Assembly (NCBI GenBank): GCA_044440125.1
Contig: JBITAJ010000010.1
Location: 1-32,281, forward strand
Source: Sedimentisphaeraceae bacterium JB056
GTDB lineage: Bacteria; Planctomycetota; Phycisphaerae; Sedimentisphaerales; Sedimentisphaeraceae
DNA length: 32,281 bases
Reading direction: 5' to 3'
Shown: positions 8,583-18,334 of the stretch, in pieces
Numbering within the stretch: the first letter of the stretch is position 1
Layout: the number at the start of each line of letters is the position of its first letter
Position numbers and translations under genes: made by a program
Notes under the pieces: generated by a model
Databases searched by the model: none
The model's input: only the letters and a program-made list of their open reading frames with translations
What the model was told of the DNA's origin: nothing

Positions 8583-8990
8583 ATGAAGAAGAAATTATCA
8601 ATAGGTAACAAGTTGGGTTTAGTCAGTGGGGTGTTTTTGTTGTTTTCTGGTATGTTTTTGAGTAAATATATACCTGATAAGATTGTTAGCGAATCTGCTA
8701 CTTTAACACAAACAGATATAACTTATAAGCTCTCTATGCTTTGTATGTTGTATGATTTTGTCTGTGGTTTTACAATAGCGATTTTCGTAATAGTGGGGCT
8801 TGTCTGTATCTTGAAGAAAACAACACCAATTATTATCACAATGTATGTTTTAGTTATCGCAATTCTATCGTTTCCTTTTATATACTTTCCGAAAACAGAA
8901 AAAACATGGTATCAGTATCAGTTTACAGGGTTTATTGAGGGTGTTAAGCAAAATATCGACCAGAAAGAATTATTTGTTGACCGATATTAG
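8583..8990 (+). pseudogene. Truncated near-duplicate of immunity gene 3927-4601
   Basis: Nearly identical through GVKQNIDQKE. Nucleotide similarity ends abruptly at ~8971 and a stop follows. About 95 C-terminal residues are missing. Confidence 0.8.
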
Positions 8991-9187
8991 TCCATTATAA
9001 GCGAGGTATGTATGATAAATGATTGTTTCAAGGTGCGTTTTTGGCTAAAGAGGTATTGCTTTTTGGGAAATGAGCGTTTCCAACCGTATGTTTCGTTTTT
9101 TGCTTAACTGTTTGTTATAATAGGATTAAAAACGAAAGTTGCCGTATTTTTCGTGATTTTGGCGGATTTTACTAAACGTTAATTACG

Positions 9188-9216
9188 TTGACAGTTTTCA
9201 TAAATCCTGATATTAT
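9188..9216 (+). promoter_or_regulatory. Sigma70 promoter for the aldo/keto reductase operon
   Basis: TTGACA (9188-9193), 17-nt spacer, TGn-TATTAT (9211-9216). Confidence 0.75.
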
Positions 9217-9300
9217 AAAGCATAACACGTTTGAGTGCGTAGTTTTTAAGCATTATCTGTAATAATCTTGCCTTAGAAATCGTGATTGGATTTTAAGCTT

Positions 9301-10446
9301 ATGCGGCAGACAAGACAAATAGAATTTGGTAAACGCAGCGGACTGAAGGTTTACCCGGTTAGCATGGGAGCTATGCGTTTCCCTGAGCCGGAGCAGGCTA
9401 TACCTTTGATTCGCAAGGCCATCGATTCGGGTCTTGTCTATATTGACACATCCCGAGGCTATGGCGAGAGTGAAGTGGTGCTTGGTAAGGCTCTGAAAGA
9501 CGGCTACCGCGAGAAAGTGATACTGTCCACTAAATGTTCGCCGTGGATAAAGAAGGTTGATGCTGATGATGAGCCTACGGCGGACTGTACTTATAAACGT
9601 ATAATCGAATCGATGGAACGGCTTGATGTTGATTACCTCGATTTTTACCAGGTGTGGAACATCAACAGCCCTGAGGCGTATGAAAGCGTCGTCAGGAAGG
9701 GCGGTATGGTTGATGGAATAAGGCGTGCCATTGATGAGGGGCTCGTAGGACACACCGGGTTCACAACTCATGATTCGCCCGAAAATGTAAGCCGTTATAT
9801 TGATGAGGCTGACTGGTGCGAGGCGATATTGTTCACTTACAATATCATGAACCCTACCTATAAGGAAGTAATAGCAAAAGCTCACGATAAGGGTATTGCT
9901 ACAATTGTCATGAATCCTATAGGCGGCGGATTGTTTTCTGAAGATTCGAAGTTGCTTAGCGATGCTGTCAATAAGGCGGTTGGCAGTGATGATGTTATAG
10001 AGGTCGCCCACAGATACCTCAACAGCAATCCGAATGTTGATACCATAATATGTGGTATAAACAAGCCTGAGGATATTGAATCCACTATCGCAAACTACGA
10101 AAAGCCGCTTTTTACCGAAAAGCAGATGGCTGCGATTGAAGATCAGATGAAGACGATATCTCCGGAAGGTCAGAATTTCTGCACTTCCTGCAGATACTGC
10201 ATGCCTTGCCATCAGGGTATCAATATACCGGCAATGATGGATGTTGTATATTACGATAAGATTATCGGCGCATCTAAAAAAGCGGCTGAAGCCTACGGTT
10301 GGCAGCGTAATCCCAACAATAAAGATCGTAGCGAGCTTGTTTCGAAATGCACCGGCTGCGGCGCTTGCGTGAAAAAATGTACTCAGAATCTTGATATCCC
10401 TGAACTTTTGGGGTATGTAAGCGATAAATTCGAAAAAGAAGATTAA
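9301..10446 (+). CDS. Aldo/keto reductase with C-terminal 4Fe-4S dicluster domain
   Basis: GAMRFP, IDTSRGYGESE, LSTK and LDVDYLDFYQVW motifs. C-terminal CxxCxxCxxC (CTSCRYCMPC, CTGCGACVKKC). Confidence 0.92.
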   Translation: MRQTRQIEFGKRSGLKVYPVSMGAMRFPEPEQAIPLIRKAIDSGLVYIDTSRGYGESEVVLGKALKDGYREKVILSTKCSPWIKKVDADDEPTADCTYKRIIESMERLDVDYLDFYQVWNINSPEAYESVVRKGGMVDGIRRAIDEGLVGHTGFTTHDSPENVSRYIDEADWCEAILFTYNIMNPTYKEVIAKAHDKGIATIVMNPIGGGLFSEDSKLLSDAVNKAVGSDDVIEVAHRYLNSNPNVDTIICGINKPEDIESTIANYEKPLFTEKQMAAIEDQMKTISPEGQNFCTSCRYCMPCHQGINIPAMMDVVYYDKIIGASKKAAEAYGWQRNPNNKDRSELVSKCTGCGACVKKCTQNLDIPELLGYVSDKFEKED

Positions 10447-10462
10447 TTTTGTGAGGCTTGAG

Positions 10463-11101
10463 ATGAAGCAGAAGACAGTGATGTGTTTTGGCGATTCAAA
10501 TACATGGGGCTATCCTCCTGACGGCAGTGAACGATATGAAAGGTCTGTCAGATGGCCGGGAGTATTGCAAAGTGAGCTTGGTGAAGATTTTTATGTTATT
10601 GAAGAGGGGCTTTGCGGGCGCAATACCGTATGGGATGACCCTATCGAAGGACACAAAAACGGTCTCAAACAGCTTGTTCCGCTTCTTCATACTCACGCAC
10701 CCCTTGACCTGATAGTAATAATGCTTGGCACCAACGATCTTAAGAATCGTTTCAGCGTTTCAGCTCTTGATATTGCCTGGAGCGTAGGGCGGCTTGTTGA
10801 TACTGTTAAGAAGAGCCAGATTGCTTATACGGGTGATGTGCCGCAGGTTCTGGTTGTGTGCCCTCCACCACTGGCGGATATGAGCAAAAGTCCGTTCAAG
10901 GATATTCTCATTGGTGCAGAAGAAAAATCAAAACAGCTCTCAGAGACTTTCAAAGCTTATTGCTGCGAAAATGACATCGAAATGCTTGATGCTGGCAAGG
11001 TTGTTGTCACAAGTGATGTTGACGGTGTGCATTTAGACCCTGAAGAACACAAAAAACTCGGAACCGCTGTTGCTAAGAAGGTTCGCGAGATATTGCTATA
11101 A
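10463..11101 (+). CDS. SGNH/GDSL hydrolase (arylesterase/acetylesterase-like)
   Basis: FGDSNTWG, EEGLCGR, MLGTND and DGVH blocks. GAGG RBS before ATG 10463. Confidence 0.92.
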   Translation: MKQKTVMCFGDSNTWGYPPDGSERYERSVRWPGVLQSELGEDFYVIEEGLCGRNTVWDDPIEGHKNGLKQLVPLLHTHAPLDLIVIMLGTNDLKNRFSVSALDIAWSVGRLVDTVKKSQIAYTGDVPQVLVVCPPPLADMSKSPFKDILIGAEEKSKQLSETFKAYCCENDIEMLDAGKVVVTSDVDGVHLDPEEHKKLGTAVAKKVREILL

Positions 11102-11156
11102 ATCATTTCAATAATATGACTATTTGACTTAACTGTTTACATTTAGAAAGGGACTT

Positions 11157-13340
11157 ATGTTTGGATTTCCACTTGTTGATCTTATTGCTATCATAGTATA
11201 TTTTATTGCCGTTATGGGTATTGGTGTATGGGCATCAATGCGTATTAAAAATGAGGAAGACTATTTTCTCGGCGGCAGAAGTTTTGGTAAATTCGTTCAG
11301 ACATTTGCCGCTTTCGGGCAGGCTACAAGTACCGATAGTTCTGTCGGTGCTACTGTTATGGTTGCCAGAAACGGTATTGCCGGTGTTACCCAGAGTCTTA
11401 TAAGCTGTTTTAGCTTACCGATTTACTGGATAACGTGCGTGTGGTACAGGCGTCTTCGTACGCTTACTCTTGGCGATTTCTTTGAAGAGAGGTATAATTC
11501 CAAATGGATGCCTGCTTTCTATTCATTGATCAGTGCGATGTTGTTTATGCTTACTACCGGTATCAGCTTTATGGCTATGACAAAGACTGTCAGTGCTATC
11601 GCGGTTAAGCCTATGAATGAGCTGACAGTTGAGCAGAAGGCAGAGTATGAGCTTGCAGTTGAGCTTCAGGATCTTGAGAAGATGGATGCCAGACTCATGA
11701 CTGAAGATCAGACTCAAAGGCTTGAAGCCCTTCGTCTCGCAGAACCGGATATCGCGTTCTCGTACATAAATGAGAATGTTCTGGTGTGGATAGTTGCCGC
11801 AGTTGTTCTTATTTATGCGGTGATGGGAGGTCTTGAAGCCGCTTTCCTGACGGATACTATTCAGGGTGTCGGTATTATTATACTTTCCATGATACTTGTG
11901 CCGTTTGCTTTTGCTAAACTTAATACTACATTTGGTACTGAAGGGATTACGGGTGTCATAGAGGTTGCCCGTTCCCAGCTTCCTCAGGCTGCATTCGAGG
12001 TTTGGGGCTCACCAAGTATGCAGGACTTTACATGGTACTTTATTCTTGCTACTTTCCTGATGTTTAACATCAATGTTGCGATACAGCCTAATCAGCTTAC
12101 ATGCAGCGGTTCTGCTAAAGATGAATATACCGCACGTGTTGGTTTTTGTGCCGGTATATACATGAAACGCTGGGCAACTCTTGCATGGGCTGTTACTGCA
12201 CTTGTTCTTGTTATACTTTATGCGGATAAGGTTTCCAAACCGGATTATATCTGGGGTGTAGCTTGCCGTGACCTTCTTGGGTCGCTGAATATTGGACTTT
12301 TGGGCTTGATGGTTGCATGTCTGATGGCGGCTCTTATGAGTACTGCTGACTGTTTGATGCTGACTGTATCGAGTTTGATAACCAACAACGTCTACGCTGT
12401 AATCGTTCCGGGTAAATCACAAAAGCACTATGTATGGGCAGGACGTGTTGCCGGTCTGCTTTTCATTCTTGGTGCAATAGGTTCGGTTTACTGTTTTGAT
12501 AATATCTTCTACATGATCAAGCTTGCATGGGAATTCAATATCGTACTTGCGGCGAGTTTCTGGCTTGGCATGAAATGGAGAAGAGCAAATAGACCGGGTG
12601 CTTGGTGTTCTATGATTATAACACTGGTTGTATTCGGTCTGCTTCCGGCTTTTGTTCCTCTTGTTCCGGGAGTTAAAACTAATGACTACCTGCTCAAAGC
12701 AACGCACCCTAAAGAAGCTACAAGAAGCTATGTGGCTCGTGAAGTTGACGTTGAGAGAAGACAGCAGGATATAGAGCTTTGGGGAAAACTCAATGCGGCT
12801 GGTAAGGCTGAAGGTGAAAAACCTGTAGAATTAGCAGTTGGTGACAGATTTGATAAGGTCTATAATATACCTAAGAAGAGTATTTTCTGGAGCCAGGATC
12901 TTGGTGTGGATGATGAGGGGAATGTTATTGGCAAAGGTATGATTAATTTTGAGCTTATATTGCTTGATAAGCTTGGCTTTGATCTGCAGAGCAATCCTTA
13001 TGCTCTGAATGAAACCATTCGTTATATAATAAGGATAATCTTCCCGTTTGCTGTGTTGATGATAGTTTCTCTCTTTACAAAACCAGAGGATAAGAAGAGG
13101 CTTGATCTTTTCTATGTGAAGATGAAAACTCCTGCCAATGCAGATAGGGAGCAGGATGTTCGTGATATGGAGCTTTCAGTGAAAGATCCTGCAAGATTCG
13201 ATCATAAGAAGATGTTCCCTAATTCAAACTGGGAATTTGAGAAATTCGACAATCTTGATATGAAGGGTATTGTATGGTATACAGTAGCGGCTGTGGTTAT
13301 TATCGCTGCAGTTTACGGTGTATCTTACCTGGGTAAGTAA
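11157..13340 (+). CDS. Sodium:solute symporter (SSS) family transporter
   Basis: EDYFLGGRSF, GGLEAAFLTDTIQG and AALMSTAD motifs. Many TM helices. Confidence 0.92.
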   Translation: MFGFPLVDLIAIIVYFIAVMGIGVWASMRIKNEEDYFLGGRSFGKFVQTFAAFGQATSTDSSVGATVMVARNGIAGVTQSLISCFSLPIYWITCVWYRRLRTLTLGDFFEERYNSKWMPAFYSLISAMLFMLTTGISFMAMTKTVSAIAVKPMNELTVEQKAEYELAVELQDLEKMDARLMTEDQTQRLEALRLAEPDIAFSYINENVLVWIVAAVVLIYAVMGGLEAAFLTDTIQGVGIIILSMILVPFAFAKLNTTFGTEGITGVIEVARSQLPQAAFEVWGSPSMQDFTWYFILATFLMFNINVAIQPNQLTCSGSAKDEYTARVGFCAGIYMKRWATLAWAVTALVLVILYADKVSKPDYIWGVACRDLLGSLNIGLLGLMVACLMAALMSTADCLMLTVSSLITNNVYAVIVPGKSQKHYVWAGRVAGLLFILGAIGSVYCFDNIFYMIKLAWEFNIVLAASFWLGMKWRRANRPGAWCSMIITLVVFGLLPAFVPLVPGVKTNDYLLKATHPKEATRSYVAREVDVERRQQDIELWGKLNAAGKAEGEKPVELAVGDRFDKVYNIPKKSIFWSQDLGVDDEGNVIGKGMINFELILLDKLGFDLQSNPYALNETIRYIIRIIFPFAVLMIVSLFTKPEDKKRLDLFYVKMKTPANADREQDVRDMELSVKDPARFDHKKMFPNSNWEFEKFDNLDMKGIVWYTVAAVVIIAAVYGVSYLGK

Positions 13341-13366
13341 TACTGAATGAAAAAATAAAGCAGCGG

Positions 13367-13783
13367 TCAGTTTTGGCCGCTGCTTTTGTTTTCGAGAAAC
13401 GCTTGGAGTATCGCGGCAGCAGCCACGGCATCCAGGCGTTTTTTCTTTTTCTTACGTGTGAGATCAGCGTCTATCATCATGCGTTCAGCAACCTTGCTTG
13501 TAAGCCTTTCATCCTGAAAGAAGACTTCAAGGCTCGTCGCCTTTTTGACTTCTCCTGAGAAAGAACGGACTATTTGGGATTGTTTTCCTTCTGTGCCGTC
13601 CATGTTGAGCGGCAGTCCGAAAAGAATTGCTTCAGCCTGATATTCATCTGCAATTTTTTTTATCCGATTAACGAGGCCGTTTTGACCTTCGATAACTTCA
13701 AGCGGGCTGCAGATAGTTTCAGAGGGATCGCAAATTGCAATCCCTGTTCGTTTTAAGCCGTAATCAATCGCAAGTATTCGCAT
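13367..13783 (-). CDS. ruvX: Holliday junction resolvase-like / pre-16S rRNA nuclease YqgF
   Basis: ILAIDYGLKRTGIA, GLPLNMDG, DERLTS and DAVAAAAILQ motifs. Confidence 0.95.
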   Translation of the reverse strand: MRILAIDYGLKRTGIAICDPSETICSPLEVIEGQNGLVNRIKKIADEYQAEAILFGLPLNMDGTEGKQSQIVRSFSGEVKKATSLEVFFQDERLTSKVAERMMIDADLTRKKKKKRLDAVAAAAILQAFLENKSSGQN

Positions 13784-13796
13784 AATTTAAAGTTAG

Positions 13797-13829
13797 ACGG
13801 GTCAGACTTTTCTGACAAGTCTGACCCGT
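13797..13829. terminator. Perfect 13-bp stem-loop between dapL and ruvX
   Basis: ACGGGTCAGACTT-7 nt-AAGTCTGACCCGT. The T-rich tail is on the + strand side. Confidence 0.6.
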
Positions 13830-13857
13830 TATTTTTCATTTCCAATTTTCAATTAGA

Positions 13858-15090
13858 TTAATTGTCCATCGCTTTGATGCGAGCCATTGCTTCAGCTACC
13901 TTTGCAGGATCATTGAATGCACTTAAGCGGAAGTAGCCTTCACCTGATGAGCCGAATCCTGAACCAGGCGTGCCTACAACGTGAGCGTTATTTAGAAGCC
14001 TGTCAAAGAAGTCCCAAGATGATTCATTGTTCTTTGTCTTGAGCCATACGTATGGAGCGTGTTCGCCGCCGAATATTTCATAGCCGAAGCTTGTGAGAGA
14101 TTCACGAATCGACTTTGCATTGCTCATGTAAAGGTCTATGACCTTCTTAATCTGTGCTTTGCCTTCTTCTGTGTAAACGGCTTCCGCACCTTTCTGAGTT
14201 ACGTATGAAACGCCGTTGAACTTTGTGCAGTGGCGACGATTCCAAACCGGATTCACATCAACAGTTTCACCTGATTTGGTGTAAGCCTTCAGTGCTTTAG
14301 GTACAACAGTGAACGCACATCTTACGCCTGTGAAGCCGGCTACCTTTGAGAAGCTGCGGAATTCAATAGCTACATCCTTAGCTCCATCTACTTCGTAGAT
14401 AGAGTGCGGGATTGAATCATCCTGAATGAATGCTTCATATGCTGCATCGTAGAGGATGATCGCTTTGTTTTCTTTTGCAAAATCAACCCATTTCTTGAGA
14501 TTCTCTTTTGTCGTAACTGTACCTGTTGGGTTGTTAGGGTAGCACAGATAGATGATGTCTACCTTTTCTGTTGGAAGCTCAGGAGAGAAATTGTTCTCAG
14601 CAGTACATGGCATATATACGATGCCTTCGTAGCGTCCACCTTCAATGCCTTTTCCTGTACGACCTGCCATTACATTTGTATCAACATATACCGGATAAAC
14701 AGGGTCCTGCACGGCGATGATGTTGTCAATGCCGAAGATTTCCTGAAGGTTACCGGTGTCGCACTTTGAGCCGTCACTTATGAAAATTTCGCTTGTATCG
14801 AGATCGATGCCTCTGCTTTTGAAATCGTTCTCAATGATTTTTTCAGCAAGGAAGCTGTAGCCTTGTTCCGGACCGTAGCCTTTGAAAGACGAACCGTTTG
14901 CCATATCATCAACAGCCTTGTGCATCGCATCTATAACCGCGGGCACAAGCGGTTCTGTTACGTCGCCGATACCAAGCTTGATTATATTCGCATCTGGGTT
15001 GGCCTGAGCAAAAGCGTTAACTCTGCGTCCAATCTCAGGGAATAAATATCCGGCCTGAAGTTTCAAAAAGTTTTCGTTTATTGTTATCAT
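13858..15090 (-). CDS. dapL: LL-diaminopimelate aminotransferase
   Basis: YLFPEI, LGIGDVT, GYGPEQG, SDGSKCD, YPNNPTG and SFSK (PLP lysine) motifs. Confidence 0.97.
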   Translation of the reverse strand: MITINENFLKLQAGYLFPEIGRRVNAFAQANPDANIIKLGIGDVTEPLVPAVIDAMHKAVDDMANGSSFKGYGPEQGYSFLAEKIIENDFKSRGIDLDTSEIFISDGSKCDTGNLQEIFGIDNIIAVQDPVYPVYVDTNVMAGRTGKGIEGGRYEGIVYMPCTAENNFSPELPTEKVDIIYLCYPNNPTGTVTTKENLKKWVDFAKENKAIILYDAAYEAFIQDDSIPHSIYEVDGAKDVAIEFRSFSKVAGFTGVRCAFTVVPKALKAYTKSGETVDVNPVWNRRHCTKFNGVSYVTQKGAEAVYTEEGKAQIKKVIDLYMSNAKSIRESLTSFGYEIFGGEHAPYVWLKTKNNESSWDFFDRLLNNAHVVGTPGSGFGSSGEGYFRLSAFNDPAKVAEAMARIKAMDN

Positions 15091-15226
15091 TATTCAGTTC
15101 CTTATTTCCTAAACTATAAAATTACTAAAATGGGTTTGAGTCAGTATCATCCGCAACGAAGTTTGAATAATATACCGCTGCGATTATAAATTAATGTTTA
15201 CCCATTTAACGCTAAAAAGTTTTTGA

Positions 15227-18103
15227 TTACCAAGCCAGCGGTTTCTTCCATGTGTTCTTGAGCGTGTCGATGTCTGAATTGATCATCAACTTTTTGCCGT
15301 CAGCGATTACTACGTTTCCTGTATTGGTTACGTTAGCAATTTGCTCAACTACTATGCCGTCAAGAGTTTTGAGGAAGGCTTCTGCATTTTCCGGTGTAAC
15401 TTCTACCACATACCTTGAGTTGGATTCGCTGAAGAGCTTTGCGACTGAATCGCAGTTGCCGTCTGTCGCGAGGTTGTCAAGATCGGCATCGATACCCATG
15501 CCGCCTGCAAAGGCCATTTCCGCCAGAGCTACAGCAAGGCCGCCTTCAGAGCAGTCGTGACAGCTTCTTACAAGACCCTTTGTGATTGCTTCATGCATTT
15601 TCTCGGCTGTCTTGTAAGCAGTAGCGATATCAACGGTAGGTGCGTTTGCACCGAGTTCGTTATTCACTTTGTAGAAGTGTGAGCCGCCAAGCTCGTTCTT
15701 TGTTATGCCGACAACAAATACGTAGTTGCCGCTCTCTTTGAGGTCCATGGTTACACACTTGTTGGTGTCGTCAACCAAAGTAACAGCACTGATAAGCAAC
15801 GTAGCCGGTATGTTAACTTCCGTTCCGTCTTCCATTCTGAACTCGTTGTTGAGCGAGTCCTTACCGGAAACGAACGGAGCACCGAATCCAAGGGCGCCAT
15901 CCTTACAAGCCTGTGAAGCACGTACCAATGAGCCGAAGATTTCCGGCTTGCGGCAGTTACCCCAGCAGTAGTTGTCAAGGAGTGCGATTCTGTCAGGACG
16001 ACCGCCAACGCAGATAATATTACGGATAGCTTCGTCAATTCCTGAAAGAGCCATCCAGTATGGATCGATATCTCCATACATCGGGTTCATACCGCATCCA
16101 AGAGCAACACCCTTGTCAGAACCAAGTTTCGGTCTTACAACCGCCGCATCAGAAGGGCCGTCATTGACAACACCTACCAGAGGCTTGACGACTGAACCGC
16201 CCTGAACCTCATGGTCGTACTGACGGATAACCCATTCCTTACTTGCAACATTGTATGAGCCGAGAATCTTAAGCAAATCTTCATCGTAAGAAGCTTTGTC
16301 TGTTATCTGCGGTTCTGTCAGCTTTGGAGTTGTCCAGCTTGCTTTTCTTGAATATTTTGGAAGTCCATCATGCAGGAAGTCCATATCGAGCTGGCCAACT
16401 TGCTGGCCGCTATACTTCAGTGTAAGCTTCTTGTCGCCGGTAAACTTACCGATTACAGTAGCCTGTACGTTTTCTGAATCGAATATTTTCTGGATAGCTT
16501 CGAGGTTCTCAGGTTTTACTGAAAGGACCATACGCTCCTGAGCTTCACTTATCCATGTTTCTGTATAATTGAGGCCGGAATATTTGAGAGGTATCTTGTC
16601 GAGATCGACTTCAACACCGACTTTCTCGCCCATCTCACCTACTGCAGAACTTAATCCGCCCGCACCGCAGTCGGTGATTGCTTCATAGAGTCCGGCATCG
16701 CGAGCCTGCAATATAGTGTCGAGAGCTTTCTTTTCGGTTATGGCATCACCTATCTGTACGGCATGTGAGAAGATTGACTCATGTTCGTGAGTCATCTGGC
16801 CGCTTGAGAATGTGGCTCCGTGAATACCGTCACGACCGGTCTTGCCGCCCACAACCATTACGTATTCGCCCGGGCTTGCATCGCCGAAGCATTTATCGTT
16901 AGGCATAAGGCCGAGAGTGCCGCAGAATACCAGCGGGTTAGCCATGTATCTTTCATCGAAGTATACTGCACCGTTTACTGTCGGGATACCCATTCTGTTG
17001 CCGTAATCACGTACGCCGCTGACAACACCCTTCATTACCCTGCGAGGATGAAGCACGCCCTTGGGCACTTCGCTGAGTTTCTTATCAGGCATGCCGAAGC
17101 AGAACACATCGGTATTGGCTACCGGTTTTGCTCCGAGTCCTGTACCCATCGGGTCGCGGACAACGCCGCCGATACCTGTTGAGGCTCCACCGTATGGATC
17201 CAGTGCTGAGGGGTGATTATGTGTTTCCACCTTGAAGCAGATCGCATCCTCATCATCAAAGGCCACGACACCTGCATTGTCAACAAATACTGATATGCAC
17301 CAGTCTTTGTTAAGTTCTTGTGTGGCACCGAAGATAGTTTCCTTGATAAGATTATCGAAATGTATCTTTTCGCCGTTAAAGTCGAAGTCGACACTGCTCT
17401 TGAGCGTCTTGTGAACACAGTGTTCACTCCATGTCTGGGCGAGGGTTTCAAGTTCTACATCCACCGGATCTCTGTTCAGCTTCTCGTAATAGGCCTGGAT
17501 TGTCTTCATTTCCTTAATATCAAGGAAGAGGTCCATGCTGTCGCTGAGGGCAACAAGCTCATCATCGTTAAGGCCAAGTATTTTGACCGTTTTCTTCTCA
17601 AGTACGTATGGTTTTGTGTGAGGGGCAGGCGGTTCGCTGTCCTCGCCGTAGATTACTTCTTCAATACAGTCGTTAGCAAGAAGTCGGCGGGTAATCGTTT
17701 CTATATCGTCTTTGCTGATATCGCCGCTCATTACATATTTTTTTGCGGTCCTTACATGCTCAACATTACAGCCCATGTCTGATATTGCCGTTACGACAGA
17801 CTCAGCAACCGGATCGGTAACACCGCTTTTGAGGTGTACTTCTATAACAGTATTGTTCAGATCGCTTTGGGGAAGGGGTCTTCTGCCGATGAAGTAGTCT
17901 TCACATACCGCATCTGAAAGCAGTTCGCCTGCTACGCGATCAGCAAAAGACTTATCGAAATCCGCGTCGATAATAAATACACGTGTATAATCAACTTTTT
18001 TAACGCTGGTTATGCCCAGCTCTTTTATGTCTTCAAGCGTTGATTTGCCATAAACGTCGGCAAACCCTTCACGGCTATAGACTTCAAAACGCCACTGATT
18101 CAC
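15227..18103 (-). CDS. purL: Phosphoribosylformylglycinamidine synthase subunit PurL, with N-terminal PurS-like domains and no glutaminase domain
   Basis: QTWSEHCVHK, KVETHNHPS, DCGAGGLSS, SEAQERM, QYDHEV, SGKDSL and HDCSEGG motifs. GTG start with GAAAGGA RBS. Confidence 0.96.
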   Translation of the reverse strand: MNQWRFEVYSREGFADVYGKSTLEDIKELGITSVKKVDYTRVFIIDADFDKSFADRVAGELLSDAVCEDYFIGRRPLPQSDLNNTVIEVHLKSGVTDPVAESVVTAISDMGCNVEHVRTAKKYVMSGDISKDDIETITRRLLANDCIEEVIYGEDSEPPAPHTKPYVLEKKTVKILGLNDDELVALSDSMDLFLDIKEMKTIQAYYEKLNRDPVDVELETLAQTWSEHCVHKTLKSSVDFDFNGEKIHFDNLIKETIFGATQELNKDWCISVFVDNAGVVAFDDEDAICFKVETHNHPSALDPYGGASTGIGGVVRDPMGTGLGAKPVANTDVFCFGMPDKKLSEVPKGVLHPRRVMKGVVSGVRDYGNRMGIPTVNGAVYFDERYMANPLVFCGTLGLMPNDKCFGDASPGEYVMVVGGKTGRDGIHGATFSSGQMTHEHESIFSHAVQIGDAITEKKALDTILQARDAGLYEAITDCGAGGLSSAVGEMGEKVGVEVDLDKIPLKYSGLNYTETWISEAQERMVLSVKPENLEAIQKIFDSENVQATVIGKFTGDKKLTLKYSGQQVGQLDMDFLHDGLPKYSRKASWTTPKLTEPQITDKASYDEDLLKILGSYNVASKEWVIRQYDHEVQGGSVVKPLVGVVNDGPSDAAVVRPKLGSDKGVALGCGMNPMYGDIDPYWMALSGIDEAIRNIICVGGRPDRIALLDNYCWGNCRKPEIFGSLVRASQACKDGALGFGAPFVSGKDSLNNEFRMEDGTEVNIPATLLISAVTLVDDTNKCVTMDLKESGNYVFVVGITKNELGGSHFYKVNNELGANAPTVDIATAYKTAEKMHEAITKGLVRSCHDCSEGGLAVALAEMAFAGGMGIDADLDNLATDGNCDSVAKLFSESNSRYVVEVTPENAEAFLKTLDGIVVEQIANVTNTGNVVIADGKKLMINSDIDTLKNTWKKPLAW

Positions 18104-18334
18104 AATTATTTCCTTTCAGGTTAGAAAAGCGACAAAAAAATCCGCTTATATTAAGAACAAATCTGTATTTAATGCAGTAAAATTGCATATAATAACAGAA
18201 AATTACTTGTTTGACCAGAGGTCTTTATGCTAAGTTTTTAAAAAAGATGCCTAAATACTTGTTAAGAGACTTCATTAGAGTATAATTTAATTGAAATATT
18301 CAGCAATTTGGTAATTCGATTTCGGAGAAATGAC

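Noticed and set aside
9253..10212. 319-aa minus-strand ORF
   Set aside because: Antisense shadow of the aldo/keto reductase with no recognisable motifs.
15252..17897. Several short ORFs within purL, and similar ones inside the RHS, kinase, fprA and URO-D genes
   Set aside because: Alternate-frame or antisense ORFs inside well-supported genes, with no motifs.
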